Of a DNA stretch of 64,000 nucleotides, positions 1 through 9,602 are shown in pieces. The stretch covers positions 830,775-894,774 of the forward strand of contig CAWCDI010000001.1 in NCBI GenBank assembly GCA_963794415.1, in the 5' to 3' direction. The notes below the pieces were generated by a model. The model had not been told where the DNA came from. It worked only from the letters and a program-made list of their open reading frames with translations, and did no database searches. The first letter of the stretch is position 1; each line of letters starts with the position of its first letter. The DNA comes from an uncultured Actinomycetes bacterium. GTDB taxonomy: Bacteria > Actinomycetota > Thermoleophilia > Gaiellales > JAICJC01. The translations under genes were made by a program, and so were the position numbers.

Positions 1-404
1 TGGGGGGCGGCATCGGTGCAGCGGTGCTCCCGTGGCTGCGCGAGCAGCTCCAGCCCGAACACCAGGTCACCACCGTGCTCGGCTTCCGCTCGGAGGCATA
101 TGCGGTGTGCTCCGCGCTGGTCGATCCCGAAGCCACGGTGGTGCTCGACCCCACGGTGGTGACCGAGCCGCTCGCCGGGCTGCTCGACCCGGGATCGACG
201 GTGTATGCGTGCGGGCCCGATCCCATGCTCCAGGCGGTGGCCGGGCTCTGCGCGCTTCACGGCGTGCCGTGCCAGCTGGCCATGGAGGCGCCGATGGCGT
301 GCGGCTACGGAGCGTGCTTCGGCTGCGCGGTGCGCATCGACGGCGAGCTGAAGCGGCTGTGCATCGAAGGGCCTGTGCTGGAGGCGAGCCGTGTCCTTGC
401 CTGA
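1..404 (+). CDS. pyrK: dihydroorotate dehydrogenase electron-transfer subunit PyrK (5' end outside window)
   Basis: Frame of ORF 24..404 stays open back to nt 3 (GGGIGAAVLPW..). C-terminal 2Fe-2S Cys motif CGYGACFGC..C. Overlaps the pyrD start by 14 nt. Confidence 0.8.
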   Translation, partial: GGGIGAAVLPWLREQLQPEHQVTTVLGFRSEAYAVCSALVDPEATVVLDPTVVTEPLAGLLDPGSTVYACGPDPMLQAVAGLCALHGVPCQLAMEAPMACGYGACFGCAVRIDGELKRLCIEGPVLEASRVLA

Positions 405-1337
405 CCAGACTGCGTCGCTTGCAACCGAGCTCTGCGGCATCCAGCTCGAGAATCCGCTGGTGAACGGATCCGGCACGCTGGATGCGCTCACTGCCGGCAC
501 GCTCGGCCTCGGCGGATTCGTGTCGAAGACCGTCACGCTGAATCCGCGCGAGGGCAACGCGCCGCCGCGCATCGGCGAGGCCACGGGCGGCATGATCAAC
601 TCCATCGGCCTCGCGAACCCCGGGCTCGATCGGTTCTGCCGGGAGTACCTGCCCAGGCTCACTGCGCTCGGAGTGCCGCTGATCGTGAGCGTGGGGGCTT
701 CGCCCCGGAGGAGTACGCAATCGCAGTGGCCCGGATCGGGGCCGACCCCGGCGTCCGCGCGATCGAGCTCAACGTGTCGTGCCCGAATGTCGAGAGCGGG
801 TGCATCTCGATCGGGAGCGACTCGGCCGAGACGCGGAGCCTCGTCGAGCGCTGCCGGCTCGAGACCGGCCTGCCGATCCTGGTGAAGCTCTCGCCGAATG
901 TCGCCGATATCGGCGCGATCGCGGAGGCCGCTGCCGAGGGTGGCGCCGCGGGCCTCGTGGTGGTCAACACGTTGCGGGGAATCGCACTCGACCGGGAGAC
1001 GTTGCAGCCGCTCCTCGGCGGCGGCGGTGGCGGGCTCTCGGGACCGGCCATAAAGCCCGTCGGGCTCCATGCAGTTCATCGCGTGTACGAGTGCACCGGG
1101 CTGCCGGTGGTGGGCATGGGCGGCGTGGCCTCGACGCAGGACGTCCTCGAATATCTCGCTGCAGGTGCCGCGATTGTGGGCATCGGCACGACGCTCTTTG
1201 GAAAGCCCTGGATACCAACCGAGATCCTGACCGATATGCCTCGCGAGTTGGGCCGCCGAGGTCTGACAAGGGTGTCAGAGCTTGTTGGAAGAGCCCATAA
1301 CCCGGAACCTAAGGCTCTACAAAAGATTGAGCGTTGA
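391..1337 (+). CDS. pyrD: dihydroorotate dehydrogenase catalytic subunit PyrD (class 1B type), reading frame interrupted by a 1-nt indel at the G run 693-697
   Basis: N-terminal half lies in the frame of ORF 391..885 (LENPLVNGSGT..GMINSIGLANPG..LIVSVG). C-terminal half lies in the frame of ORF 726..1337 (FAPEEYAIAVARIG..IELNVSCPN..VKLSPN..GGLSGPAIKP..GMGGV). The halves join if GGGGG were GGGGGG. Confidence 0.85.
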
Positions 1338-1375
1338 CATGCCAGATTTCCCATGTTCAAGCCGTTTGCACCCGG

Positions 1376-1403
1376 TTGCACGGGGCGCACAGGGCTGTAT
1401 AAT
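1376..1403 (+). promoter_or_regulatory. candidate housekeeping-sigma promoter of mihF
   Basis: TTGCAC (1376-1381), 16-nt spacer, TATAAT (1398-1403), ending 11 nt before the mihF ATG. No Shine-Dalgarno sequence in between. Confidence 0.5.
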
Positions 1404-1414
1404 CGCTCCTCACG

Positions 1415-1744
1415 ATGATGCTCGAAACGCTCACCCAAGCACCCTCCCGTTCGCTCGACCAACGCATGGAAGCGCTCAACCGCGCCAACGAAATTCGCGT
1501 CGCGCGGGCGCAGTTGAAGCGCGACTTGAAGCTTCGCCGCGTGCGCATCGAACAGGTGATCGCGGATCCCCCCGAGTACGTCCTCACCGCAAAGGTGTAC
1601 GACATGCTGGTGGCTGTTCCGCGCCTCGGCCGGGTCAAGGTCGGCCGCCTGCTCACGCAGTGCCGCATCAGCCAGTCGAAGACCGTCGGCGGACTCTCGG
1701 AGCGCCAGCGCACCGAGTTGCTCGACATGTTCCGCCAGAGCTGA
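1415..1744 (+). CDS. mihF: integration host factor, actinobacterial type (mIHF)
   Basis: 109 aa with ..ALNRANEIRVARAQLKRDLK..VPRLGRVKVGRLL..GLSERQRTELL pattern. Sits in the conserved position directly upstream of gmk-rpoZ. Confidence 0.85.
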   Translation: MMLETLTQAPSRSLDQRMEALNRANEIRVARAQLKRDLKLRRVRIEQVIADPPEYVLTAKVYDMLVAVPRLGRVKVGRLLTQCRISQSKTVGGLSERQRTELLDMFRQS

Positions 1745-1763
1745 ATCCCGCGCGGTCTGCACG

Positions 1764-2339
1764 GTGAGCTCGCGGCTGTTCGTGATCGCCGGCCCGTCGG
1801 GCGTGGGCAAGGGCACGCTCATCGCGCGCGTGCTGAAGGACATGCCCGAGCTGGTCGTCGCGACCTCGGCCACCACCCGCAGCATGCGGGCCACCGAGCG
1901 CGATGGGGTGGAGTACCACTTCCTCACCGACGAGGAGTTCGACCGGCGTGTGGGGGAGGGCGAGTTTCTCGAGCATGTAACCTATGTGGGTAACCGGTAC
2001 GGCACGCTGCGCAGCGAGGTCGAACGGCGGCTCGCGGATGGTCAGAGCGTGGTGCTCGAGATCGAGGTCGTGGGTGCCCGCGAGATCAAGCGCCAGATGC
2101 CCGAAGCGGTGACAGTGTTTGTTGCTCCCCCGAACATGGAGGAGCTCGAGCGCCGACTGGCGGGCCGCGACACCGATCCGCCCGAGGTGATTCGAAACCG
2201 GCTGGCCATCGCCCGGGATGAGCTTGCAGAGAGACCCACGTTCGACCACGTGATCGTGAACCACGACGCCGACACCGCCGCCCGCGAGCTTGAATCAGTC
2301 GTCCGGGCGGAGATTGCCAACGAGGAGCGCACCACATGA
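1764..2339 (+). CDS. gmk: guanylate kinase
   Basis: P-loop GPSGVGKGTL, ..TTRSMRATERDGVEYHF.., 191 aa. 4-nt overlap with rpoZ. Confidence 0.95.
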   Translation: MSSRLFVIAGPSGVGKGTLIARVLKDMPELVVATSATTRSMRATERDGVEYHFLTDEEFDRRVGEGEFLEHVTYVGNRYGTLRSEVERRLADGQSVVLEIEVVGAREIKRQMPEAVTVFVAPPNMEELERRLAGRDTDPPEVIRNRLAIARDELAERPTFDHVIVNHDADTAARELESVVRAEIANEERTT

Positions 2340-2569
2340 TCTACCCGAAGATCGACAAACTGCTCGAGCACACCGACTCGAAGTACGCCCTGGTGATTGC
2401 CGCCGCCAAGCGGACCCGCCAGATCAACGACTACCACCATCAGCTCGGCGAGGGCAGCTTCGAGAACTTCCCGCCGCCGCTGGTCGAGTCGCGCTCCAAG
2501 AACTTCCTGACGATGGCCCTCGAGGAGATTGCCGAGGGCAAGCTCATCGTCGGCAAGTCCTCGATCTAG
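2336..2569 (+). CDS. rpoZ: DNA-directed RNA polymerase subunit omega
   Basis: 77 aa, ..SKYALVIAAAKRTRQIN.. omega signature, downstream of gmk. Confidence 0.9.
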   Translation: MIYPKIDKLLEHTDSKYALVIAAAKRTRQINDYHHQLGEGSFENFPPPLVESRSKNFLTMALEEIAEGKLIVGKSSI

Positions 2570-2581
2570 GTTCGCGCGCGC

Positions 2582-3352
2582 TCAGCCATCCTCGATGGCG
2601 TGGAAGCGCCCGGTGGGCTGGATGTGCGACACCAGCCCGCCGGCGGCGCTCCACCGGTGGATCGCGATGCCGGGCGGCTCATCCACCATCCTGATGTTCG
2701 CTCCCGGCTGAAAGGTCAGCTCGAGCTGCACGGTGGCGCTCGGGCACACCACCACCGGCACCCGGCCGGAGCGCCCTGTCATGGTGCGATGCAGATGCCC
2801 TGCGATCACCGCCTGCACGTGGTCGTGCTGCTCCAGCATGGCGTCGAACCCGGGGATGCCCGCGAGCCGTAGGTCGTCCATGGCGGTGATGCCCGTCACA
2901 ATCGGGGGATGGTGGATCGCGACGATCACGGGCGTTCCCGCGAGCTCTCCCAGCCGTGCGTCGATCCACTCCAACCGGCCCTCGTCGAGTGCGCCGGCAT
3001 CGCTCCCGGGGACGATCGAGTCGCAGAGCACGACCTTCAGCTCCCCGAGGTCGGCCACATACTGGCGATGCACGCCGGCGGCGGGCCGGCCAAACGCTTC
3101 GGCCATCGCCTCACGATCGTCGTGATTTCCCGGAATCGCGTGGAGGGGAGCGCTGATCGGTGCCAGGAGCTGCGCCGCGCGAGCGTACGACTCCGGGGCG
3201 CCGTCATCCACGATGTCACCGGTGATCACCACCGCCGCCGGGGCCGGCCAGAGCGCGTTCACGCACTCGACGGCCGCCTGCACGCCGCGGGCTGCGCGGT
3301 CGCCCTGGGGGCCGCTGGTGACGTGCAAGTCGGTGAGCTGGGCGATGAGCAC
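2582..3352 (-). CDS. metallophosphoesterase (CpdA-like phosphodiesterase family)
   Basis: Calcineurin-like motifs DLH, GDIVDDG, GNHD, HHPP in order. 256 aa. Confidence 0.75.
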   Translation of the reverse strand: MLIAQLTDLHVTSGPQGDRAARGVQAAVECVNALWPAPAAVVITGDIVDDGAPESYARAAQLLAPISAPLHAIPGNHDDREAMAEAFGRPAAGVHRQYVADLGELKVVLCDSIVPGSDAGALDEGRLEWIDARLGELAGTPVIVAIHHPPIVTGITAMDDLRLAGIPGFDAMLEQHDHVQAVIAGHLHRTMTGRSGRVPVVVCPSATVQLELTFQPGANIRMVDEPPGIAIHRWSAAGGLVSHIQPTGRFHAIEDG

Positions 3353-3411
3353 GCGGCAACTCTACGGGCTGCCCCGGCTGGGCAAACGGAGTCGCGCGCG
3401 AGAGTGGCTTC

Positions 3412-4611
3412 ATGCACACTACGACCATGATCATCGTGGGGGTGTGCGGCGGGATCGCGGCGTACAAGGCGTGCGAGCTCGTCCGGGTGCTGGTCGGAGC
3501 AGGGCATGACGTGCAGGTGATCCAGACGCCTGACTCGCGGCGCTTCGTTGGTCCCACGACGTTTGCAGCCCTCTCCCGCCGGCCGGTGCTGACCGACGAC
3601 GGAAGCGACGTCTTTCCCCATCTGGAGGCCTCTGCGCAGGCAGCGCTCCTCTGCATCGCGCCACTCACCGCTACCACCATGGCCCGCATGGCCCACGGCG
3701 AGGCCTCGAACGTCCTGACGGCAACCGCGCTCGCGTTCACCGGGCCGGTCATCGCCGCCCCGGCCATGAACCCGCGCATGTGGCTCGCTCCCGCGACCCA
3801 GGAGAACGCCGCGCTGCTGCTTACCCGCGGGGTGGAGTTCGTCGGCCCCGCGCACGGCGACACCGCCGAGGGCGAGATCGGCGTCGGCCGCATGGCCGAG
3901 CCCGATGCGATCGCCGCGGCGGTGGGCAACCGGATCGAGTCGAGCCGCGCCCTCGACGGCAAGCGCGTGCTCGTGACCGCCGGCGGCACGCGTGAGGCGC
4001 TCGACGCCGTGCGGTACGTGGGCAACCGCTCGAGCGGCAAGATGGGCGCCGCGGTCGCCGACGAGGCGGCCCGCAGGGGCGCCGACGTGACGCTGATCCG
4101 GGCCGGGGCGGCTGTGGCTCCCAGCGCCGGGATGCGCGTGCTGCACGCGGAGTCGGCGCAGGATCTCGAGCGGGTGACGCTGGCGGAGGCCGCGAACGCC
4201 GACATCGTGGTCATGTCGGCTGCCGTCGCCGACTACCGGCCCGTCTCGGCCGACTCCGGGAAGCGCACGAAGTCGGGCGACCGCTGGCTGGTCGAGCTCG
4301 AGCCCACCACCGACATCCTGGCGCGGCTCGGTGAGCTCCGCGGGCCGGGCCAGCTCCTGATCGGCTTTGCCGCCGAGCATGGCGACGGCGCGGGAGAGCG
4401 GGCCCGTGCGAAGCTTCAGCGCAAGGGAGCCGACATGATCGTCATGAACGACGTGAGCCGTCCCGGGATCGGCTTCGACGCAGAGTCCAACGAGGTCACG
4501 CTCATCACTCCCGACGGCGAGCAGCACGTTTCCCGCAGGTCGAAGCAGGCGTGCGCGTCTGCGATGTGGGATGCGGTCCAGCGATCCGTTCGCATGGGTG
4601 CGACCGTATAA
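3412..4611 (+). CDS. coaBC: bifunctional phosphopantothenoylcysteine decarboxylase / phosphopantothenate-cysteine ligase
   Basis: N-terminal flavoprotein motif GVCGGIAAYK, C-terminal CoaB motifs ..GNRSSGKMG.. and AAVADYRP. 399 aa. Confidence 0.95.
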   Translation: MHTTTMIIVGVCGGIAAYKACELVRVLVGAGHDVQVIQTPDSRRFVGPTTFAALSRRPVLTDDGSDVFPHLEASAQAALLCIAPLTATTMARMAHGEASNVLTATALAFTGPVIAAPAMNPRMWLAPATQENAALLLTRGVEFVGPAHGDTAEGEIGVGRMAEPDAIAAAVGNRIESSRALDGKRVLVTAGGTREALDAVRYVGNRSSGKMGAAVADEAARRGADVTLIRAGAAVAPSAGMRVLHAESAQDLERVTLAEAANADIVVMSAAVADYRPVSADSGKRTKSGDRWLVELEPTTDILARLGELRGPGQLLIGFAAEHGDGAGERARAKLQRKGADMIVMNDVSRPGIGFDAESNEVTLITPDGEQHVSRRSKQACASAMWDAVQRSVRMGATV

Positions 4612-4639
4612 CCGACCAACACCGGCAGGAGGACGAACC

Positions 4640-5617
4640 GTGGAGACACCCCAAGTCAAGGACGAAGCCACCTCAGCGGCAATCATGGCCGCGGGCGACA
4701 CGGCGCGGCGGGTGGTCGAGAACGTCTCGCGGGTGATCCACGCTCCGTCCGAGCTCCTGGAGCGCTGTGTCCTTGCCCTGCTCTGCGAGGGCCACATCAT
4801 CCTCGAGGACTTCCCGGGCGTCGGCAAGACGATGCTTGCCAAGTCCATCGCGCGCTCCCTCGACTGCGAGTTCGCCCGCGTGCAGGCGACGCCCGACCTG
4901 CTGCCTTCAGACATCACGGGCGTGAGCGTGTTCAACCTGCAGGGCGACGAGTTCGACTTCAAGCCCGGCCCGGTGTTCGCCAACCTGGTGCTGGTCGACG
5001 AGATCAACCGCGCGTCGCCGAAGACCCAGTCGGCGCTCCTTGAGTGCATGCAGGAGGCCCAGGTGACGGTCGACGGCCACACCCACCCGCTTGCCCGGCC
5101 GTTCATGGTGATCGCCACCCAGAACCCCATCGAGTACGAGGGGACGTTCCCGCTCCCCGAGGCGCAGCTCGACCGCTTCACGATGCTCCTGACGCTGGGC
5201 TATCCGGGCCCGGACGAGGAGGCCCAGATGCTCTCCGAGCACGCCGCGCGCGAGCCGCTCGACGAGCTCGAAGCGGTCACGACCGCCCCGGAGCTCGAGG
5301 CCGCCATCGCAGCGGTCAAGGAGGTGTTCGTCGAGGAGAGCCTGCACCGCTACGTCGTCTCGATCGTGCGCCACACCCGCGGCGACGCCCGCCTCGCCCT
5401 GGGCGCGAGCCCGCGGTCGGGCATCTCGCTGCTGCGGGTCGCAAAGGCCTATGCAGCGCTTCGCGGACGCGACTACGTGATCCCATCCGACATCAAGGAC
5501 GTCGCGGTGGACGTGCTCTCTCACCGCGTGATCCTCGCCGCCGAGTCACGCACCGCGGGGGTGCTGGCCGCAGACATCATCCAGGAGGCGGTCGACCGCA
5601 CCCCGGTGCCGGTGTGA
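4640..5617 (+). CDS. MoxR-family AAA+ ATPase
   Basis: Walker A FPGVGKT, Walker B/sensor LVDEINRASPKTQSALLECMQE, ATQNP. Start chosen at GTG 4640 behind AGGAGG (4627-4632) rather than the longest-ORF start 4571, which overlaps coaBC. Confidence 0.9.
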   Translation: METPQVKDEATSAAIMAAGDTARRVVENVSRVIHAPSELLERCVLALLCEGHIILEDFPGVGKTMLAKSIARSLDCEFARVQATPDLLPSDITGVSVFNLQGDEFDFKPGPVFANLVLVDEINRASPKTQSALLECMQEAQVTVDGHTHPLARPFMVIATQNPIEYEGTFPLPEAQLDRFTMLLTLGYPGPDEEAQMLSEHAAREPLDELEAVTTAPELEAAIAAVKEVFVEESLHRYVVSIVRHTRGDARLALGASPRSGISLLRVAKAYAALRGRDYVIPSDIKDVAVDVLSHRVILAAESRTAGVLAADIIQEAVDRTPVPV

Positions 5618-5627
5618 GGCAGCCGCA

Positions 5628-6857
5628 GTGCTGACCCGCACGGGGAAACGCACGCTGGCAGCGTCCATCGTGCTCTACATCGCTGCCTGGGGCTTCGGCA
5701 CGCAGGCGCTCTTCCCGATCGCCGTGGGGCTGATGCTCGCGCCCATCATCGCCGTCGTCTGGGTGCGGACGTTCACGCGGCCGGTGCGCCTTCGCCGCAC
5801 GCTCGGCCAGCACGAGATGGTGGAGGGGACGACCGTGAAGATCGGGCTCGAGGTGCGCCCGGAGGCAGGCCCGCTGCCCGCCCGCGCGACGCTGGTCGAC
5901 CATCTCGGTGACGATCAGATCCTCACGGCCGAGCTCGTCCGGCTCGGGAAGCGCCTGAAGGGCAGCCACGTGCTGCAGTCGGCCCCGCGCGGCCGCTACC
6001 GGCTGCACGGCGCCCAACTCGTGCTGTCGGATCCGTTCGGCCTGGCCCGGTCGCTGGTACCGGTCGAGCGCACCGACGCCGTGCTCGTCTACCCGCGGGT
6101 CTACCAGCTCGACAGCCTCTTCACCGACGCCGGCGCGGGCGGGGGAGACGCCTCGCGGATGCTCCTGCACCGCACCTCGGGCTACGACCTGCACTCGATC
6201 CGCGACTACCAGACCGGCGAGAGCCTTCGGCGCGTGCACTGGCGGTCCACCGCCCGCCGCCGAAAGCTGATGGTCAAGGAGCTCGAGGATTCTCCGCGCG
6301 ACGAAGCCGCCGTCCTGCTCGACGGCGACGCCGCGGGCCAGGTCGGCCCGTTCGGGAACACCAGCTTCGACGTGCAGGTGCGGGCTGCGGCCTCCGTGCT
6401 CACGCGCCTGGCCGAGGGCGGGCAGCGCTGCTCGCTGGTGATCCAGTCCGGCGACCGGCAGCGCATCCGCCTCGGCACCGGCTCCGACAACATGGGCACC
6501 GCGATGGCCGCCCTCGCCGTGGTGCGCGCCGGCGGCACGCTGCCGCTGCACATCACCCTCGGCGATGCCGCGAGCGGCGGCGACGCCGTCGATGCCGCCC
6601 GGATCTACGTGATCACCTCGGTGATGACGCCTGCCCTCGCAGAGCGGCTGCTGCAGCTGAGCGGCGCACGGCGCGAGGTGGCGGTGGTGTGGGTGGATGC
6701 GGCCTCGTTTGCCAACGGCGGGATGGTGACGTCGGCCGAGTCCGCGGCGCTTCGGCTGACGACGTCGGGCGTGCTGGTCACCCGCGTGCGCTCGAACGAC
6801 GACCTCGGTCACATGCTGTCGCGATCGAGCGCAGTCCGGATGGCCGTCAATGCGTAG
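5628..6857 (+). CDS. DUF58 domain-containing protein
   Basis: Two N-terminal TM helices, then the DUF58 signature ..SIRDYQTGESLRRVHWRSTARRRKLMVKELE... Immediately downstream of MoxR. Confidence 0.85.
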   Translation: MLTRTGKRTLAASIVLYIAAWGFGTQALFPIAVGLMLAPIIAVVWVRTFTRPVRLRRTLGQHEMVEGTTVKIGLEVRPEAGPLPARATLVDHLGDDQILTAELVRLGKRLKGSHVLQSAPRGRYRLHGAQLVLSDPFGLARSLVPVERTDAVLVYPRVYQLDSLFTDAGAGGGDASRMLLHRTSGYDLHSIRDYQTGESLRRVHWRSTARRRKLMVKELEDSPRDEAAVLLDGDAAGQVGPFGNTSFDVQVRAAASVLTRLAEGGQRCSLVIQSGDRQRIRLGTGSDNMGTAMAALAVVRAGGTLPLHITLGDAASGGDAVDAARIYVITSVMTPALAERLLQLSGARREVAVVWVDAASFANGGMVTSAESAALRLTTSGVLVTRVRSNDDLGHMLSRSSAVRMAVNA

Positions 6858-9186
6858 CCGCGCGCTCCAGACCGGCCCGTGGGTGGCGCTCGTCGCGCTC
6901 GTGGCCGTGGGCGGATGGCACTGGGCGCGCATCGAGAGCCCGCGGATCCCCGTGATCGAGATGCTCGCGATGTGCGCCATCGTCCTTGCGCCGACGCTCG
7001 TCGCCCAGATCTGGGGGCGGGTCGCGGGCATCGTCGCGGCCGTGATCGCCGTTCCCGTGGCGCTCGGTGCGGCCAGCGGCATGTGGCCCGGCAGCTCGGG
7101 CCGCCACAGCTACGTCCCCGCCGTCGCGCACGCCGTGAACGACGGAGCCCACAACTGGTTCAACGCGACCACCCCCTTCGACTACAGCCGGTTCGGCACG
7201 GTCGATGTCGATGCTCGCCTCCTCTTCATGGTGATCGTCGGGGTGCTGGGATGGACGCTCGTCCTGCGGCGCTGGACGGTGGTCTCCATCGCCCTTGCCC
7301 TGATCCTCTTCGCGTTCCCCTCGACGGTGCTCGATCTGAGCCATCCGTGGCTTCGGGCGGCGTTCTTCCTGGCGGCGGCGCTCGTGACGCTTCGGCTGGT
7401 GCCCGTTCACGCCATCGGCGGAGGCGGCTCCAGCCAGGCATGGGCGCTCGGGACGGCCGTGGTGGTGCTGGGACTGGTCGTCTCGGCCCTGCCCGGCGTG
7501 AACAAGGGCGCATTCATCGGCTGGCACGAGTGGGATCCGCTGGCGAGCGCGGTGGCGCCGCGGAGCCTGTCCTACGTGTGGAATGAGTCGTACAAGCCGC
7601 TGCACTGGCACGGCAAGCCGACCACCGTCCTGAACGTCTGGGCCCAGAAGCCGTCCTACTGGAAGCTCGGGACGCTCGAGACGTTCAAGGAAGGGCGCTG
7701 GACCGAGAACACCTATCCCATCACCAACGGCCTTGGCACGCCCGAGAACGGCGCGCTCTCGGTGCCGTCGCGCCGGCTCGCCGCGAAGGTGCAGAACCCG
7801 TCGCGCAAGGCGATCTCGACCGTGCGCGTGCAGGTCGAGGCGCTGGCCGACCGCCACCTCGCCACGTCGGTGCAGCCCATCAAGTGGATCGCCCCTTCCG
7901 ACACGCCGTTCACGATCAACACCGACTCGTCGGCCGAGGCCGACAGCGCCCTTGCGCGCGGCACCACGTACTCCTCGGTGGTCTATGCGGCCGACCCGAC
8001 GCCCAAGCAGCTTGCCAACGCCGGCACGGGCTTCCCGCGGCTGGTCGATCAGGATCTGACCGTCGGCGACGTCCGGATGGAGCCCTTCCCGGCCGACAAC
8101 ACCGCCGGGGCATCCGAGGCGCTGGCGCCGATGACCGATCTGATCACGGCCTCAAACCAGGTGTGGCACGCCTCCGGGGCCGACCAGGATCTGACGGAGT
8201 ACGCAGCGGCCGTTGACGTCGAGGCCTACTTCCGCAGCAAGGTCTTCACGTACGACCTCACGCCGAAGTTCTCCGGCGGATCGCCGATCCTCGCCCAGTT
8301 CATGCTCACCGGCCACAAGGGCTACTGCCAGATGTTCTCGGGCTCGATGGCCCTCGTCCTGCGCCTGCACGGCATCCCGGCCCGGGTGGCGTTCGGGTTC
8401 ACCACGGGGCAGGCGCCGGCCACGCTGGGAGCGCCGTACGTCGTGAGCGATCGCGATGCGCACGCCTGGGTCGAGGTGTTCTTCCCGAAGCTCGGCTGGC
8501 AGCCGTTCGACCCGACCCCGTCGCGCCACCTGCCCGAGCAGGCCTCGGCGTCCAACCCGGGCTGGAAGACGACGGCGGCAAAGACGCAGTACACGAGGGG
8601 GAACGGCCCCGCCGGGGCGGCGGTCAGCGGCGTCACGCCCCAGAACCACGGCGGGTCGAAGCCCGGGCTCCAGCTGGGCGGCAAGGGCGGCGTCGATCCC
8701 GGGCGCTCGGGAGGCGCGAAGCCGACGGCCTCGTTTACCGCCAAGGCGCCGTCGTCGGGGCATGGCTTCTTCGCGTGGCTCTTCGTGCTCGCTGCGGGCC
8801 TCGTGATCCTGGTGGGCGCCGTCAAGTTCGCCGCGGTCAGGTGGCGGTACCTGCGCCGCGGGCCGCGCGCGCAGGCGGCTGCCGCCTACCGTGAGCTCGC
8901 CACCTTCGTCGGCGATCAGGGCATCGCGGACTCACCGGAGCGTACGTTCGAGGATCTCTCGGGCGAGATCTCCCGGGTGTTCGGGGTGGACGCCTCGGAG
9001 TTCGCAGACCATGCCAGCCGCGCCCGGTACGCGCCGGCGGAGCAGGCAGCGGAGGCGAGCCGCTCGATCCGCGGCGATCTGCGCGGGGTCAAACGGGGCA
9101 TCCGCCGCGAGCTCTCGCTGCGCGACCGGTTCACGGGAGCCCTCCGCGTGCGCTCGGCGCTCGCGCAGATCACCAGCCTGGAGTGA
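6850..9186 (+). CDS. transglutaminase-like domain membrane protein (TgpA-like)
   Basis: Polytopic N-terminus. Transglutaminase core: Cys in GYCQMFS, His in DAHAWVEVF, Asp in QPFDPTP. Gly/Pro/Lys-rich linker and a terminal TM helix. Overlaps the DUF58 gene by 8 nt. Confidence 0.85.
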   Translation: MRSRALQTGPWVALVALVAVGGWHWARIESPRIPVIEMLAMCAIVLAPTLVAQIWGRVAGIVAAVIAVPVALGAASGMWPGSSGRHSYVPAVAHAVNDGAHNWFNATTPFDYSRFGTVDVDARLLFMVIVGVLGWTLVLRRWTVVSIALALILFAFPSTVLDLSHPWLRAAFFLAAALVTLRLVPVHAIGGGGSSQAWALGTAVVVLGLVVSALPGVNKGAFIGWHEWDPLASAVAPRSLSYVWNESYKPLHWHGKPTTVLNVWAQKPSYWKLGTLETFKEGRWTENTYPITNGLGTPENGALSVPSRRLAAKVQNPSRKAISTVRVQVEALADRHLATSVQPIKWIAPSDTPFTINTDSSAEADSALARGTTYSSVVYAADPTPKQLANAGTGFPRLVDQDLTVGDVRMEPFPADNTAGASEALAPMTDLITASNQVWHASGADQDLTEYAAAVDVEAYFRSKVFTYDLTPKFSGGSPILAQFMLTGHKGYCQMFSGSMALVLRLHGIPARVAFGFTTGQAPATLGAPYVVSDRDAHAWVEVFFPKLGWQPFDPTPSRHLPEQASASNPGWKTTAAKTQYTRGNGPAGAAVSGVTPQNHGGSKPGLQLGGKGGVDPGRSGGAKPTASFTAKAPSSGHGFFAWLFVLAAGLVILVGAVKFAAVRWRYLRRGPRAQAAAAYRELATFVGDQGIADSPERTFEDLSGEISRVFGVDASEFADHASRARYAPAEQAAEASRSIRGDLRGVKRGIRRELSLRDRFTGALRVRSALAQITSLE

Positions 9187-9212
9187 TTTGCGCCCTTCGC
9201 TACCGTTAGAGC

Positions 9213-9578
9213 ATGGGCACGAACACACACGAAGACACCTACGAGCTCTTCCAGAAGGGCCGGGAGCTGCTGTCCCAGGGCCACTGCGCCCAGGCGACGG
9301 TGTCGCTCGAGAAGGCCAAGCGCCGCGAGCCCGACAAGGCATCCATCCGCGAGGCGCTGGGCGTCGCATACCTGCGGTCGCGCCAGTACACCAGGGCAGC
9401 CGAGGAGTTCGAGTACATCCTCGAGTCGGCCCCGAGCGACCACTATGCGCACTACTGCCTGGGCCGCTGCCTGCAGCGGCTGGGTGAGCGCAAGTTCGCC
9501 CTCGGCCACTACAAGATGGCAGTCTGGCTGCGCCCCTCGGTGGACTACTACCAGAAGGCCGTTGACGATCTGAGCTGA
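9213..9578 (+). CDS. tetratricopeptide-repeat protein
   Basis: 121 aa with TPR-like A/Y/L periodicity (..ALGVAYLRSRQYTRAAEEFEYILESAPSDHYAHYCLGRCLQRLG..). Confidence 0.6.
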   Translation: MGTNTHEDTYELFQKGRELLSQGHCAQATVSLEKAKRREPDKASIREALGVAYLRSRQYTRAAEEFEYILESAPSDHYAHYCLGRCLQRLGERKFALGHYKMAVWLRPSVDYYQKAVDDLS

Positions 9579-9602
9579 TGCATGAGCGGTGCCGGGCACC
9601 GT

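Noticed and set aside
32-720. Overlapping alternative-frame ORFs at the window start (32..463 +, 67..720 -).
   Set aside because: They are Arg/Pro/Ala-rich shadow frames of pyrK/pyrD with no motifs.
3259-5181. Very long ORFs antisense or out of frame to the called genes. Examples: 3259..5181(-), 5577..7082(-), 10583..11968(-), 12132..13562(-), 21525..23555(-), 23441..25252(-), 28993..31281(-), 34099..35949(-), 49411..51144(-), 60873..63464(-).
   Set aside because: This is the typical stop-codon-poor shadow-ORF artefact of high-GC DNA. The translations are Arg/Ala/Gly/Pro/His-rich low complexity without any family motif. In every case the overlapping frame I called carries unambiguous conserved motifs.
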